Origin: Bispira polyomma
Taxonomy: Eukaryota
NCBI GenBank assembly: GCA_965649765.1
Contig: OZ287751.1
Coordinates: 76,136,001 to 76,200,000 of the forward strand
Direction of reading: 5' to 3'
DNA length: 64,000 bases
Part shown: positions 1 through 13,878 of the stretch, in pieces
Position numbering within the stretch: position 1 is the first letter of the stretch
Layout of the letters: each line of letters starts with the position of its first letter
The notes under the pieces: generated by a model
What the model was told of the DNA's origin: nothing
Databases searched by the model: none
The model's input: the letters and a program-made list of their open reading frames with translations, nothing else
Made by a program: the position numbers and the translations under genes

Positions 1-415
1 TTTCAATAAATAATCTATCTGTGTGTTTGTTGCAAATATGGTTCTTTTAATTATTGAATTTAAAAAAAAATCCGAAGCAACAAAGAATATACTATGTACA
101 TGGGTGGACACTGATTTGATGTTGTTAATAAAACATGTAGTGAAAGAAAAAATAGAAATACCTGCAAACCATTTCTATCTAGCACTAGGTGTTCATAAAT
201 AGTCAATAAATGGAAATACGGATGGACAAGTATTGCATATAAGCATAAATTAGAAACTATTCGAATGGACTTATAAACATAGAACAAGTTTATAAAAAGT
301 ATTTAATTAAGGAAAAGAAATTGGGTTTAACAATTGGTGTAAAAAAGAGGTGTCAAAAACATTTTAATAGAGTGCAATTTTGACAGCTATTATAATGTAA
401 AATAAGTGTCATTAT

Positions 416-518
416 GCAGTGCTTATGCAATAATGCAATATTTATTAATTAAGTATAATTAAGCAGTTGCTTGAGCAATATTTATTAATTAAGTATAATT
501 AAGCAGTGTTTATGCAAA
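416..518. repeat. Short tandem repeat, ~40-bp unit, ~2.5 copies
   Basis: gcaatatttattaattaagtataattaagcagt occurs twice in tandem with partial flanking copies. Confidence 0.8.
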
Positions 519-959
519 ATTTATAAAAAAAATATGTGGTGGAACAAATTATATCACAACTTAAATTATATTTTTACATGTAAATTAAAGATACTTTCAA
601 TGCTGAAAAAAATGGGTTTCAGATAATATTGAATCTATTTAGGATCTTGCATAGGTCAGTTAAAATTTAGTATTCTATCATTGAATATGGAAACCATAAC
701 ATTTAGGTTGTTAAAATCTGTACTATAAATAAAGTAAATAATAATACTTGTTTATTTAAACTTAATGGTTTAGTAAAGAATATTTTAGTCAAAGTAATAG
801 ACAGATGAAACATGTAAAAGCCACTCACAAAGCTAATACAGGTGATACAAGTGATGATCATTTTTTAAAAATTAAGTCTCATAATTATACTATTGGCTTT
901 ATATAGTTAATAGTGTATGGAATAGAGTTGGGCAAAATCTGGATCTCTTCAAACAAATT

Positions 960-1930
960 GGCTCTTTCATCACGATAGCATGGTCAGTTTTTACAATTTA
1001 TAACAGGATTTTCTTCAGTGCTGCTTCATCCAGTTTGTGGCAAAGGATGTCTGGAGAGGTAATCCAGGGAATATTTCTCCTCTTTGCCAGGTTCATAAAC
1101 TACTTCGTAGTCCACATCTTGTAATGCCATCACACATCTCCCAATTCTGGGGGTTAACTTAATGGTAGCTTTGTTAAACATGGTCACCAGTGGCTTGTGT
1201 CCGGTTATTATGTGATACCCGTTGGTCTAGTGGTTCAGCTGCTGGTCTGATGATCAGAAGGTTCTCTTCTCGGTACCGGCCGCTAGTTTCATTCCGTGGG
1301 ATAACATCCTTAGGCAAGATGTAAACACAAGTTTGCCGAGTGGCTTGAATGACCACTTGAAATGGCGATCCTTTGTCACTTCGTGGCCAGTGGCAGATTA
1401 AAGATCCTTGGGAACGTTGATAAATGTTCATCCTCAAGCATCTCGGTAACCATAGTTGCTGCCCATGAGGAAGGGCATTTGAAAGGACGCTGTGTTCTGT
1501 AAGTGCGCTATAACAAAAGTACTATTTCATTTCATTTCATTATTACCTGAAATCTAGGTGCCTCTTATATACATTTTTTAAGCCAAAGACAGTCTGAGGT
1601 GGAAAAAATCGAAGAGGATAAATAAAAAAAGTAGTTTGCATAAATTTCACAACCACTTTCTTATCTTGAATTAACCCAATCTCATTAAATACATCCTTGT
1701 ACTTGTAGCTGTGTGTAGGTGTCCTTTTTCCCTACGGTCTTAATCCTCTTTTTATTTCTTTTGCGTAAACGTCCTTCAGAGTCGATTTTCAACATGCCAA
1801 TTTTTGTTAATGTTTCTCTGTCTATTAATGGTGGTAATTTAGTGACCTCCTCTATCAAAACAAATACAGTTTTTGTACTACAAGCTTTGTTTCTCACTGT
1901 AGCTCTGAATTCACCTATAAATCATCTGTA
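960..1930 (-). mobile_element. Degraded Gypsy/Ty3 LTR-retrotransposon pol fragments (protease-like and RNase H C-terminus)
   Basis: Minus strand of ~1030-1200 reads HKPLVTMFNKATIKL and RCVMALQDVDYEVVYEPGKEEKYSLDYLSRHPLP, matching the Gypsy RNase H end (DHKPL...RW...LQ.YD...PGK.N..AD.LSR). ORF 1685-1897 (PPLIDRETLTKIGML) resembles the end of a retroviral-type protease. Frameshifted. Confidence 0.65.
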
Positions 1931-2070
1931 AGTTATATAAATAATCTAAGCATCACTAATGTTTAACTGATTGGTCAAAGTTATCTCCATTGGGCTTAGT
2001 TTGGTTGCAATGGGTCTAATGTATGTAAAAGTTGAGACTTATTTTAATGTTCAACTGATTTTTGGGCAAA

Positions 2071-2200
2071 AGTATTATTATTATTATGCATTTTTAATGC
2101 GCTTCATTGATGCTAGGCATCTTCTAAAGTGCAACAGCAAAATCAGGGATCCAATCGTAAAGTCCATAGGCATAGCAAGGTTGTAAGGGTATGGGGGTTA
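2071..2200 (-). mobile_element. L2/CR1 LINE 3' tail fragment
   Basis: Reverse complement of the gatgcctagcatcaat...ttaaaaat(ataata)n tail also seen at 7561 and 13827. Confidence 0.7.
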
Positions 2201-3203
2201 ACAGCTGGTTAATCAGCAAGCAACCAGACTGGGTGTTGACCCACCTCGTAGCATCCGGAGGCAAGGGGCACAACTCCCTTTCACGCTTCACATGGTGAAG
2301 GATGCCGTAGCCTAAAATAATTATTAATAATTTGAAGTACACTTCACCACCACAAATATGTATAATAAATATTTAGAGTTAATTATATGTGTTAAGAACT
2401 TTTGCGACTATTTTTGATTGCTTAAAATGATAAAATTATTTACTTCGGACATGCCTGCTTTTTATGTAGCTGGAAACTGTGGTAATATACATAGACAATT
2501 TGTTCCTTTATAATTCTTTTCTGAAGATGAGGTTCCAGATTGATACAATGAATAGATATGGCAGGTAAAAGGCACAAGAGATTTTCAGGTCACATCAACT
2601 ATCTGTAAATATATATTTGTAATAGACATTATAAATCTAGATATTTGAATCTCATAAAATAAGGCGAAGGAAATTTTTCTCTGACAATGAAGGTGCTGTT
2701 TACATGCACCACTGTCCTCAAATAGTTTTAAGATTCTTATTTTCATAGCGCATATGATTTGTCAAATATCATAATTACTCAAGAAATTTATGTACTTGTT
2801 TTTATTATACTTATTCCCCTGGGACAAAAATAATCTGTATCTATCTTATTATAAAGCATATAGTTAAACACTAAATTAACTTTATAATCTAATGACCGAT
2901 TCAATAGTAATCAAATGAATAGATTTAGATCATTGATCTCTCTAAATATCTATATGTATACAAGTCAAAATAAAATAGGACTCAGTTATGATTGTATTAA
3001 CTTGAAAGGGGCTACAACCCACTATTAATAATTATTTTTTCAATAAATTGCAAGTGAAAGACCACTTTCATTTTCCTACATGGCATCTGTTTTCCCGTGC
3101 TTGTGAATTTGGATTTCTCACCCATCACACTTTTCGCTTGTTAATTCCTTTAAGATTTTTTTTTGGGAAGCAACAACAGCTTAAAACAAGGAAATTAGAT
3201 ATG

Positions 3204-5450
3204 TTAATAATAATAATAAGAATAATAATTGAAACATTTAAAAGGCCAAATTCTGAAAAGGTAAGTTTTCAGATGGCTTCTGAAACCATTTATTTTATCC
3301 TGCAATCTGACAGTATGTGGAAGTTTGTTCCATTCCACATGAGCTGCAACAGCAAAACAGTGCCTACTAATTTTTCTGTTAGGTCGGGTTGAGGAGACAG
3401 AGAGGCAGTTTCCCCGGGTAAGGTTACTAGATTTGATAAGTGAGGAGAGATAAGAAGGTTGGTTGGGTTTGATGGCTTTAAACACAAGAAGGTTGTATTT
3501 AAAGAGAATACGCTGTTCAACAGGCAGCCAGTGGAGTTTCTTAGGTAGGGTGAGACATGGCTAAATTTGTTGAGCTTGCACACAATACGGCAGAGGGCAT
3601 TTTGAACTCTTTGGAGCCTTGTTATGTTGACCTTATTTATACCATACAGCAAGGAGTTGCAATAGTCTAGCTGCTTACTATTGCGTTAGCCACTTGAACT
3701 GCAGTTTTAGGACTAAGGTACCTGCGTATTCTGCGCAGATCGTGTAGATGGTAGTAGCAGGCTCGGCAGACACTGGCTACATGACTACTGAAAGAGTTAT
3801 CTTGGTCAAAAATAACATCAAGGTTTTTGAATTTAGTTGATGGTGATATATGGTTGTTTAGTAGACTGATTGGAAAGAATGGTTTGCAACTGTCTCGAGT
3901 AGAGTTTTCACCTAAAGCGATGAATTCGGTTTTATCTGGGTTAAGTTTAAGCTTGACGCTTTCCATCCATGTTTGCACAGCCTTAAAGCATTTTTCCAAC
4001 TCTGATATGTAAAAATTTTGAGCATCTATCGCTTGGTATATTTGTGTATCATCAGCATACAGGTGGTGGGTGACATTAAACTGAAAAATTATTTTACTGA
4101 GGGGAGTGGTGTATATGGTAAAAAGAAGAGGGCCCAATACAGAACCTTGTGGGACACCATGTGGTAGAGAGAAAACTTCTGAGAAATATTTTGATTTCCA
4201 GGGTGTAAATAGGACTGAATCCAACTAATGACATTGCCATTGATGCCAAACCAATCAGTCATACAGTTAAAAAAGATAGTATGGTCGATGGTGTCAAAGG
4301 CAGAAGACAGGTCCAACAGTATGAGTGCAACTGCTTTACCATTGGAAAGTGCTTTACCATAGGAAAGTGCTTTCTTAGAGTGAAAGATTAATGACACTAG
4401 TAATGGGTGTGATAAGGATGTCGATATATTCTTTTAGCAAGGATGTAGGGATTGAATCCAGATCACAGGATTTATTTGGAGAAGATTGGATGAGCTTAAG
4501 AACTTCTTCCTCGGACAGAAAACGAAATAAGGTAAAAAGGTTTTCTATATTGGGTAGCTGCGGTGAGGTCTTGGAGGATGATGACAGGATGGACCTGAGT
4601 TTGGTGATTTTCTCAAAAAAAAATTTACCAAAAAAGTCTCCCACTGATTTGCAGTCAGGAAGTATTACCGTTGAGGATTTGTGGAGTATTTTCTTTATTG
4701 AATTCCATAAGGCCTTTGGGTTGTCTTTGTTTTCATTTACAAGCTTAGTATAATGGCTGTATTTTGAAAGCTCCAGCATGTGCTTGTAGCAGTTAACTGC
4801 AGCTTGGTACCTACTCCTGTTTATGCTCGACATGTCTTTGCGCCAGGTATGTTCCAGTTTACGCTTAAGGCGTTTAGCAGCCTGGATTTCTTTGTTTATA
4901 AATCCAGTATCAGGGTGTTGAGGAATTTTTCTTTTGTTTGCTGGTGCGTACCTGTCAAGTAGGTCTCTGAGGGTATTAAAGTACTGATGACTGAGAAGAC
5001 TAGAAATTTTATGTGAGCACTTTATGAGGTTTATGAGTTCAAAATGTCAGCCTTAAAATTCTAAGCATTTATTTTGTTTAGCTTTCAGATTTTTATATAT
5101 CTGCAGATACATAGAACTATGACAGGGAAATCTACAATAAGAACTATTGTGAGTTGATCTGATAAACCGCTAATGACTTGGGGACTCATAGCAGTTGACA
5201 AAAACTTACTGACGCACAGCATGTCTAAGGTGTGGCCATGTATGTGGGTGGGCTCATCGATTAACTGTGTGTAATCGAACTGAGATAGGGTGTCGGTAAA
5301 ATTTTCCTAATGAAATTCTCAGTGTTAAAAGGTCTGAGCCATGTCTCGGTGACACCGAAGACGTCCAGCTTGTTGGTTTGAACGAAGTCGCAAAAAGCGG
5401 CACCCTTGCTTCCACTTGATCTGACATTAATAAGGTACACATTTAAATTA
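3204..5450 (-). mobile_element. L2/CR1-clade LINE, degraded ORF2 (endonuclease remnant + reverse transcriptase)
   Basis: Frameshifted ORFs carry [62 protein letters not shown] and FRSHLKTYLF; (taa)n tail at ~3204-3228. Confidence 0.9.
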
Positions 5451-6569
5451 GTTGTGCTGAGCCCAGGATTGTTATAGACATCAATACAAATAAATATTAA
5501 AATAATTAAAATTCTTCACACTTTTTAAATTACCAACATTTATATGTCTGAGTCCTCTTTTATTTTGACCAGTGTATATACAATGTACAATAACTGTAAG
5601 TATAATCTTAATAAATGTCAAGTGCTTTTAAATTGCAAAAACATTCTCAACATTCAGTAACCCTCTGTAACACTCTGAGTAACACTCTGACCCTCGCTAC
5701 ACTTTGTAGTGTATATGTCATCACTAGAACTATCATCAATCTTAAAATACGTGTCTGATGTATGAGGTTTAAATACATAATGAGAAGAACATGAAGTAGT
5801 TCAGCCTCTGACATGTGGCCTACAAACAGTGACCTGACGTAGTTTTACAGTGAGCTCTGGGGATTTTCGGGGGCAGTGTTAAGGCATTGCCCTTGTCAGT
5901 CCTTCACGACCTTAAACTCAGTGAGGGTATTAGGCTTATACACAGGTAGAAATCATTAAATGGCTAAACAAGTAAACAACCCCATGTTGCTAAGTAAAAT
6001 GCTAAACAATGAATCTCATTGGCTGTGGTCACAAACAGCAGGCCTTTAAGTAAATAACAAGTCAGATGAATTTAGCCACGGACAAGTGTGGCAGGAAATA
6101 AAAATTCTTAAAAAGGACTTATTTTAGTATTTCAGTAATTAACAAGGGGATTGTGTGTGTAAAAGTTATACATTTTCTCTACAGACAGTGGTTCCAGTTT
6201 GCTCGTTCTGACAACCTCATGCTTGGTTTGACCTTTTTGGGTCGGGATTAAGGTATGGCCTAACCTAACTTATTATTCTTGCATTAGTCAAATCAACCGT
6301 GTTAAACCAAGTCATGACGCTGTAAGAAAGGAGCGCTGTGGGCCTGTTTATTCTTATTTTTCAGAAACTCAGACATAAACTATAATACATGAATTAAATA
6401 CAAGGAAATACACCGAATCAATCAAAGGCATTATGTAAAAAATAGACAGGTAAAAAGATAGACATGTTCCCCCCAAAGGGAAAAAATGTGTACATGAGAG
6501 ATAAAAATAACTGAGACTTTCAATAGCTATGAGGCGGTGCTGGTGACCCATACAGTGAAGGACACTAAT

Positions 6570-7608
6570 GTTAATGTTAAATTATTCTCTTCGGGATGGT
6601 GTTTTTCCCACCTGTTTCAAGACGGCAAATGTAACTCCCTTGATTAAAAAAACAAGGGCTTGATCAAAACCAGCTCAAAAACTACAGATCGGTGTCAAAC
6701 CTCAGCTTCGTCTCAAAAGTCATCAAGAAAGCTGTAGCTCAACAAATTTCTGACCCCCTTAATAGACAAAAGATTGAAAATCGCCACCAGTCTGCCTATA
6801 GAAAATTTCACTCCTTTTTTCCATTAGCAATGATATCAATCTTGCACTGGACCGCTCTGGATCTCTCAGCTGCATTTGACACTATTGATCATGTCCTGCT
6901 CTGCGACACTCTGAAGCAGTGGTTCGGTATAAATGGCAGTGTCCTTAAATGGATCAGATCCTACCTTACTCTTAGGGCACAAAGAATTAAATTAAATGAT
7001 CACTTATCATCTTCCAAAAAGCTACCATTTGGAGTACCCCAGGGATTCGTCCTTGGCCCTCTACTCTTCACCCTTTATACACATCCTCTCAGCACCATCA
7101 TCAATAAACACAGTATAAAACACCACCTGTATGCAGCTGACACTCAAGCCTATCTCTCTCTCTCAATCCACAAAATGCAAATACAAACATAGACCTACTT
7201 GCAGACTGTCTGTCTGATGTCCAGGCGTGGATGAACTACTCCAAACTAAAACTTAACCCTGACAAAACAGAATTCATCCTCATAGGAAACAAGAAAAACA
7301 GTGAACTCCTAAAATCTTTGTTTTTCATCTCCCTGCTGGGAAAAAACATACTACCTTCCGAAAATGCCAAAAAGCTGGGTGTCACTTTTGATTCAGCTTT
7401 TTCGTTTGATACTCATATTGCCAACATCTGCTATTACCACATACGCGACATCAAAAGAATCAGAAACCACTTGTCCATGAACACAGCGATAACTATGGCA
7501 AATGCCCTTGTGAGTAGCCACCTTGATTACTGCAATTCTCTCTTGTACGGAGCTTTAGAAGATGCCTAGCATCAATAATGCCCGTTAAAAATCTATAATA
7601 ATAATAAT
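6570..7608 (+). mobile_element. L2/CR1-clade LINE fragment, internally deleted
   Basis: [63 protein letters not shown], followed directly by the 3' tail gatgcctagcatc...(ataata)n. Confidence 0.9.
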
Positions 7609-7609
7609 G

Positions 7610-9117
7610 CAAAAGGGTCAGATGCTCGACGGGGTAGAGGTTCCACGGCAGCTAACAGTGGCAAAAAGCAGCAGGACAGTGTCCAGATTTTGAAGGAACT
7701 ACATGGGGTGAATGCAAGGCTGGACATGGTAGAGAAGTAGGTAGCTAATTCCAGTCGACATAGAGACGCCCGGAAAAATGTACAAAGTTAAGTAAAATTT
7801 CACATAAAAAAGTATCCAGTGTAACAGAAGTGAAAGCACCTCTGATAAGGAATCCTCAGATGAAAAACATGTACTGCCCAGTTTGTCTGCATTAAGAAGC
7901 TCAGTTTCCTTCTAACGTTGAGTTGATTCTAGGTTAAGGGACCTGGAGAGGGACAGGAGAAATACAGGTAGTGAATATTCAAACAAAATTAAATAAAAAA
8001 GGAGGGTGCAGTAGATGTTATGGTTAAGCAAAAAGTGGTGTGGCCTCAAAAATCCATTTTGGGAGGACTTACAAGAAATAGGTTACCCTATGATCAGCTC
8101 TCATTGTCACAATGGGTGCAAGGGTTTTGTAAAAATATGTGAGGAACCAGATAGAAACATAAAAGATAAAATGGTCATGTACATGTCTGATCTCATAGAG
8201 GATGCCACCGATTTCACTTGGCAGGGGGCAAAGGCGGGTCACGCTGTGCTGCAATGTGAGATGGAGAGGGGTTCACTTACTTAGGAAGGCACAAATAAAA
8301 TAAATCGTATCCGTAGGGCTCATGCCCCAAAACATACTAGTCATAGCAACTTTGGCAGGGTTAAAAATTGGGGAAAATCAGACAGCAATAAGACACCTTG
8401 GTTTTGTAAATTTTATCAGACAGGCACTTGCCAACAAACAAAAGACCTTAAATCGGGGGCAAACTACACAGACATATCTGTTCACATTGCATAGGCACAG
8501 GTCGTATCCTAGCTCACCCTGAAAAAGATTTGCCAAGAAAAGTCAGCATCAAGCAAAAATCAAATAAGTTGCTGTTCTTTAAGTCCTAAACTGGAGGGCA
8601 GCTGGATTAGTACCAAACATAGTCAGTTACAGGCAGTAAAAAGTAGAGAAAGTGTCAATGTTTTTAGTGTTATAGATAAACCAGATGGTGATAGTGTTAT
8701 TAACACTAAATGTGAAGTTATAACTAATCGATGATAACTAATAGAAAGGTCAGTAGAAAGCAGGCAGATATTTCTGCAGTTTCCAAATGTATACAGCGTG
8801 ACACACAACATGCGGATGGATATTTTTATAGCAAAGAAGTCGGGAAAAATGATGTCGAAAGTTTATTAGCTCACCCATTGCAAAGTAATATATGCACATT
8901 TAGGGCATTGAATTGTAATATCAAGGCCAATTCTTATGCGAGTTTGGTTAAGGCTTGGCAGGAAGATACTAGGCAGGTACCAAACACTAAATGAGACACA
9001 ATGTGAAACAAGTTGACGTGAAGTCCAGTAGTATGGGCACTAGTGTCAGAAAACAAAATTTCTTTCCAGTAAAAAGAAGAGATAAAAACGTAAACCTTAA
9101 TAAACAAGGGGAAGTCC

Positions 9118-9148
<31 letters not shown>

Positions 9149-11070
9149 AAAAAAAAAAAATTAAGCAAACCGCACGTGACGATAATACCTCGACGGAAAA
9201 ACCAAAACTATTGTTTGATGTAAATGGTATGGAAGACGACAAATTCATTAATTCCATAATGTTTCATAACAAAGGGTTTAAGTCTAAGCAAGTGGTTGGG
9301 GAATGTGTCAGCTTCATCAATTTTACAAACACTTTCAATTTGGATTTATTCCAATCATGGAACAAATACTGCCAAGTAAGACTGGTGTTACAAAATCAAG
9401 CATTGCGTGTCCAATTAGGTTAACATGGGGGAAAGCCTAATTTTTGGGGGCTTGAATACCACTAGTGTCATAATTACACACAGAACGATGAAAGACCATG
9501 TTAACCGATTATTGGGACCAACAATGTCTTATGTTTGGATTCCCTTTGGGTTTCAATCGGAAATGTGAACTCAGATCTGACGTTGCTATTCACAAGGCTG
9601 TGGAATATCCGAATGATGTTAAGACTTATTTAAATGAAGAAAAAAGCCATGGGGCAATAATAGGACCTTTTAAACAAAATCCAATTGAAAATGGTCACTA
9701 TTCCCCTTTCATGACCAGACACAAATCTAATTTAGATAATAGGTGTGTCATAATAGATCTGCCCAAAGGTTATCCAGTTAACGGAGGGGTAGAAAAGGAT
9801 AGTTATCTAGGGGGATTCTAAGCTCAGTTTTCTAACAATTGACGATCTCATTAGAGATTTAACTAAACTAGGCAAAGGCGCTCATATTTACAACCCTGTT
9901 TATGACCCCGTAGATTATGATTTGTTAGGACTGAATTGAAAAGGTACATATCATGATACTTGCCTCCGCTTTGGAAGTCGTCACGGAAGCCAGTTTTTCC
10001 AATGCATTAGTGAAGCTGTACGTTACGTTATGCGTCAACGCGGTTTCAGCGTCATTAACTAGATTGACAATTTCTTAGCCCATGTTAGCAAACCATTAAT
10101 TTCAATGTTTATATCAAATTATGAAAACTTTGGGACTCACCATTAGTCAGAAGAAGTTGGTGGCACCTAGCACACAAGCAGTGTGCGTTCAATGATCAAA
10201 ATTGAGTTCAATGTACCAAAAGGCAGTTAAAATCATTGCTGCAGGATGCTTTCTGAACAGAATGTCAGAATTGTTAAGAGGTGTCTCAAATCCAAACAAG
10301 GTCGTTATAACACAAGATTTCAAACGTGACTTGAGATGGTTTGACAGATTTTTACCCTTATACAATAGTGTGTCAATGTATGGCCACAAAGTCATTGATC
10401 AAACTTTGGAGCTAGATGCTTGCCTTTATGGTTTAGGTGGTAGATGGAGAAATCTGGTCTATCGTCTACGTATTGCCTTGAAAAAGTCTGGGGATAGTAC
10501 ATCTTGAGTTGATTAACATTGTAGTAGCCTTGAAGTCATACTAAAGTTATTGTGCAGGTAATAAGGTACTCATCAAATGTGACAATCAAGCAGTTGTGAA
10601 TGTATTGCAATCTGGTAGGGCTAGAGACCCTTATCTATCAGCATGTGCTAGGAATGTATGGTACATGACAGCAATAGCAGACGTTAAGATCCAATATATA
10701 CATGTTATGGGTAGGGATAACCAAATAGCTGATTCATTGTCAAGAAAAATTCAGTTTATAATGTACAAGAATTGAACACATAAGTGGAAAACCCAGTATG
10801 GTTGAAAACCTCATTAGAGTTAACACACATTGATGATACAATGTAGATAACAGATACTATTCTTTGTGTTGTAGAGCCTGCAGCAGTATAAGTACTACAG
10901 GCAAAAGCTCATCAGAGATTGCACACAGCATTTAGACCCAAGACCAAGAGATGTTATCAAAGTTTATTCAAAACTTTTGTGGCTTTTTGCTTATGTGTCA
11001 ATTTAGCGTTAGAATCTCTAAATGTCAATGACATCATGTCCTTTCTGGAAAACTTAGTATTTATGGTCTA
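7610..11070 (+). mobile_element. DIRS/Ngaro-type tyrosine-recombinase retrotransposon, degraded and 3'-truncated
   Basis: Gag-like region (YMSDLIEDATDFTWQGAKAGHAVLQCEMERG, ~8000-8500). RT region (HGAIIGPF, SPFMTRHK, RCVIIDL, LRFGSRHGSQFFQ, ~9500-10200). RNase H (LELDACLYGLGG, IKCDNQAVV, HVMGRDNQIADSLSR). Start of a YR-type ORF (AFRPKTKRCYQSLFKTFVAFC, ~10930). The gag-RT-RH-YR order is characteristic. Confidence 0.8.
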
Positions 11071-11615
11071 AACAGCAAATTTTGCAACAAAGAATAATTC
11101 TTAAGAAACGTGCCAAACAAGCGATATGCTATTAGGTGTTTTTGAACACACACACATCAGTTTACACCATCAATGCCACAGGTCATTCCTTACCGCTGTA
11201 TGTTATTTTTCAAAGAATATACTCACTACCTTAAATGCAGAAACATTATCAACAGACTGGGTGTATGGAAGAAGTCCCTTAGAGACAGTCTCTACATAGA
11301 CATCAAGCTTTTCCATGAGTAGTGCACCGGTGTCTTTTCTGTTCATTTCAACCCAGAGGTTGTATAAAGGGCCACAAAAGATAACGGCCTCAAAAGAAAA
11401 CATTAATTATTTGCATGCCACCAATCATCACACTTTTTTCAACCAGCAGGTCTTGCCAAAAAGAAAAAATTGCTAGTATAGCTTACAAATGGTCTATTGT
11501 GAAAGCTGACTTTAATACCAGACCATTCCAATTTACTGCTTTGTTGAAATCGGCTATTTCACTTTCTTGGCCCACAACCTTGACATACAGAACATTGCTT
11601 GCATCTCTAGAATAA

Positions 11616-13110
11616 TTGCATCCACTCCGGTGGATACTATGGTTTAGTCATCGTTACGCCGCCGCCGTGTCAGTGTGTGTAGAGATTTTACAGTTACCGC
11701 CCTCCTGGGAAAACTTTTACACCTAGGCTCTTGAAATTTACAGGAAATGTTCTTTATTACAAAAGCTTGCCTGGAAGTAATTTTGGCCTCATTTAGACAA
11801 ACAAGATGGCCGCCACGGGCGTTTCTTTAAAAATAATCAAGCTTTTAACTGTGTCTGTTTCTCAGCTGTAGAAGATTGAATCTGTGTACGGGTGATATGT
11901 TGAATGGATATATATGTCCTTTATAAGCATGCAGACATTTAACCTTGAGTGCTAAAGTGACCAATTTTGGCCAAACTTTCCCTAGTGTCTATATCTCGCT
12001 TAATATTGGTCCTAGCGGTTTGAGATCTAAAACAAACCTATAGGAAATCTTGGGCTGGGAATCTTTTCAAACGATCTAATTTTACCTTGGGCCCCTCGTT
12101 TAAGGTCAAATGCGGATGGCCAAACTTAAAAGTGCCTTTATCTCACTTAATATTGGTCCTAGAGGTTTGTAATCTGAACCAACTTATAAGAAATCATAAA
12201 CAGGGAATCTTTTGATGTGCTCAGATTTGACCTTGGCCCTCTCCTTTAAGGTCAAACAGGGATGGCCAAAGGTAAAAATGCCAATATCTCACTTATTTTT
12301 GGTCAAACACGTTTTGGATGTGAACCAACCTACAGGAAATCATGGGCTGGGAATCTTTTGATGTGGTTTGATTTGACCTTGGTCCCCTCGTTTAAGGTCA
12401 AATGCGGATGGCCAAACTTAAAAGTACCTATATCTCACTTTTTATTGGTCCCAGAGGTTTGGAGTGCCAAACCAACATATAAAAAATCATGGGCTGGGAA
12501 TCTTTTAATATACTCAGATTTAACCTTGGTCCCCTAGTTCAAGGTCAAATGCGGATAGCCAAATTTAAAAGTCCCTATATCTCACTTATTATTGGTCCCA
12601 GAGGTTTGGAGTGCCAAATCAACCTATAGAAAATCATGTTCTGGTAATCTTTTGATGTACTTAAATTTGACCTTGGTCTCCTCGTTCAAGGTCAAATGCA
12701 GATGGCCAAACTTAAAAGTGCCTATATCTCACTTATTCTTGGTTCTAAAGGTTTGGAATATGAAACCAAGCTGTAGGAAAACAAGGTCTGGGAATCTTTT
12801 CATGTGGTCTGATTTGATCTTTGGCCCCTTGTTCAAGGTCAGTCTTGGTCAAACTTAAAAGTGCCTATATTTCGCTTATTATTGGTCATACAGGTTTGGG
12901 ATGTGAAACCAACCTATAGGAAATCATGGGCTGCTCTTTGGCAGTGGTCAGATTTGACCTTGGATCCCTTGGATCCATTGTGCAAGGTCAAATGGGTAGG
13001 CCAAACTTTGAAGTGCCTATCTCACACTTATTGGTCCAACAGGAAATGCCCAATAGGAAATCATAGGGTTCTAGCTGGGGTGCTAGCTAGGGTGCTTGCA
13101 ACTAAGGTGT
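11616..13110 (+). mobile_element. Helentron-associated non-autonomous element (HINE-like) with ~7-8 tandem ~147-bp units; 3' terminus missing
   Basis: 5' hairpin ttgcatccactccggtggatac and a (gcc)n microsatellite, then units recurring at ~12005, 12152, 12298, 12444, 12591, 12738, 12881 and 13030. Same family as 41971-43162. Confidence 0.75.
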
Positions 13111-13388
13111 TTGCTACCTACAGATCTGTCAATGTTCCTTAGGTCGACAGGTAATAACCTTCTGCTAGACGCCAATCCTAATGACAAACTCTTTGGTACA
13201 GACCTCTCACTGTTAAACACAGACCTTTGGCACCAGAATAAGTGATATGTTAGTGTATTTACATATGCGCACATACGTGTTTGCATACATGTTTATGAAA
13301 ACTTTTTGGAGGTTAGAATTATAACGTCAACTCAGCAATAATAGCGCAAAAGACCTATTATTATCATCTATGTAGAGTCATCTTTCGT

Positions 13389-13878
13389 TTGGGTTTTCAT
13401 ACTGATGTAACTCCATACTTCAAGCAACTCCATTGGCTTCCAATTCACTATCGAATCCTGTTTAAAATACACGAAACTACCTTTAAAGCTGTTGTCTCTC
13501 AACAGCCTCACTACCTTGCTACAAAACTCTCCTTCAGCAACCTTAAAATGGGAAAGAGACTCTCTGTTTCCTCTAAAACACCCACCAAGAGGGTCGGATC
13601 TAGAGTCTTCTCGGTTGCCGCCCCTGTGCTATGGAACCACCTCCCAGTTGAACTTAGAATGCTTGAAACACTTTCTAGATTTAGGAAAAAGCTCAAAACC
13701 TATCTCTTCAGGCTCGCCTATCCTTCGTAGTCCTCTCCTTGGGCGCTGACTCATTCATCGTTACGACCTGGCTATTGTTTATTGATTTTTCTATTGGCTG
13801 ATTGATTCTGATATTGCGCCTTAGGAGATGCCTAGCATCAATAAGGCGCGTTAAAAATGTACAATACAATACAATAAT
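13389..13878 (+). mobile_element. L2/CR1 LINE 3' end
   Basis: VTPYFKQLHWLPIHYRILFK...FSVAAPVLWNHLP...FRKKLKTYLF; 3' stem-loop gcgcctta-ggagatgcctagcatcaa-taaggcgc; (tacaa)n tail. Confidence 0.9.

Noticed and set aside
12262-13142. ORFs with repeated peptide motifs (YRKSWAGNLLMW), also at 42442-43150
   Set aside because: They are translations of a 147-bp (49-codon) satellite inside a HINE, with stops and frameshifts between units.
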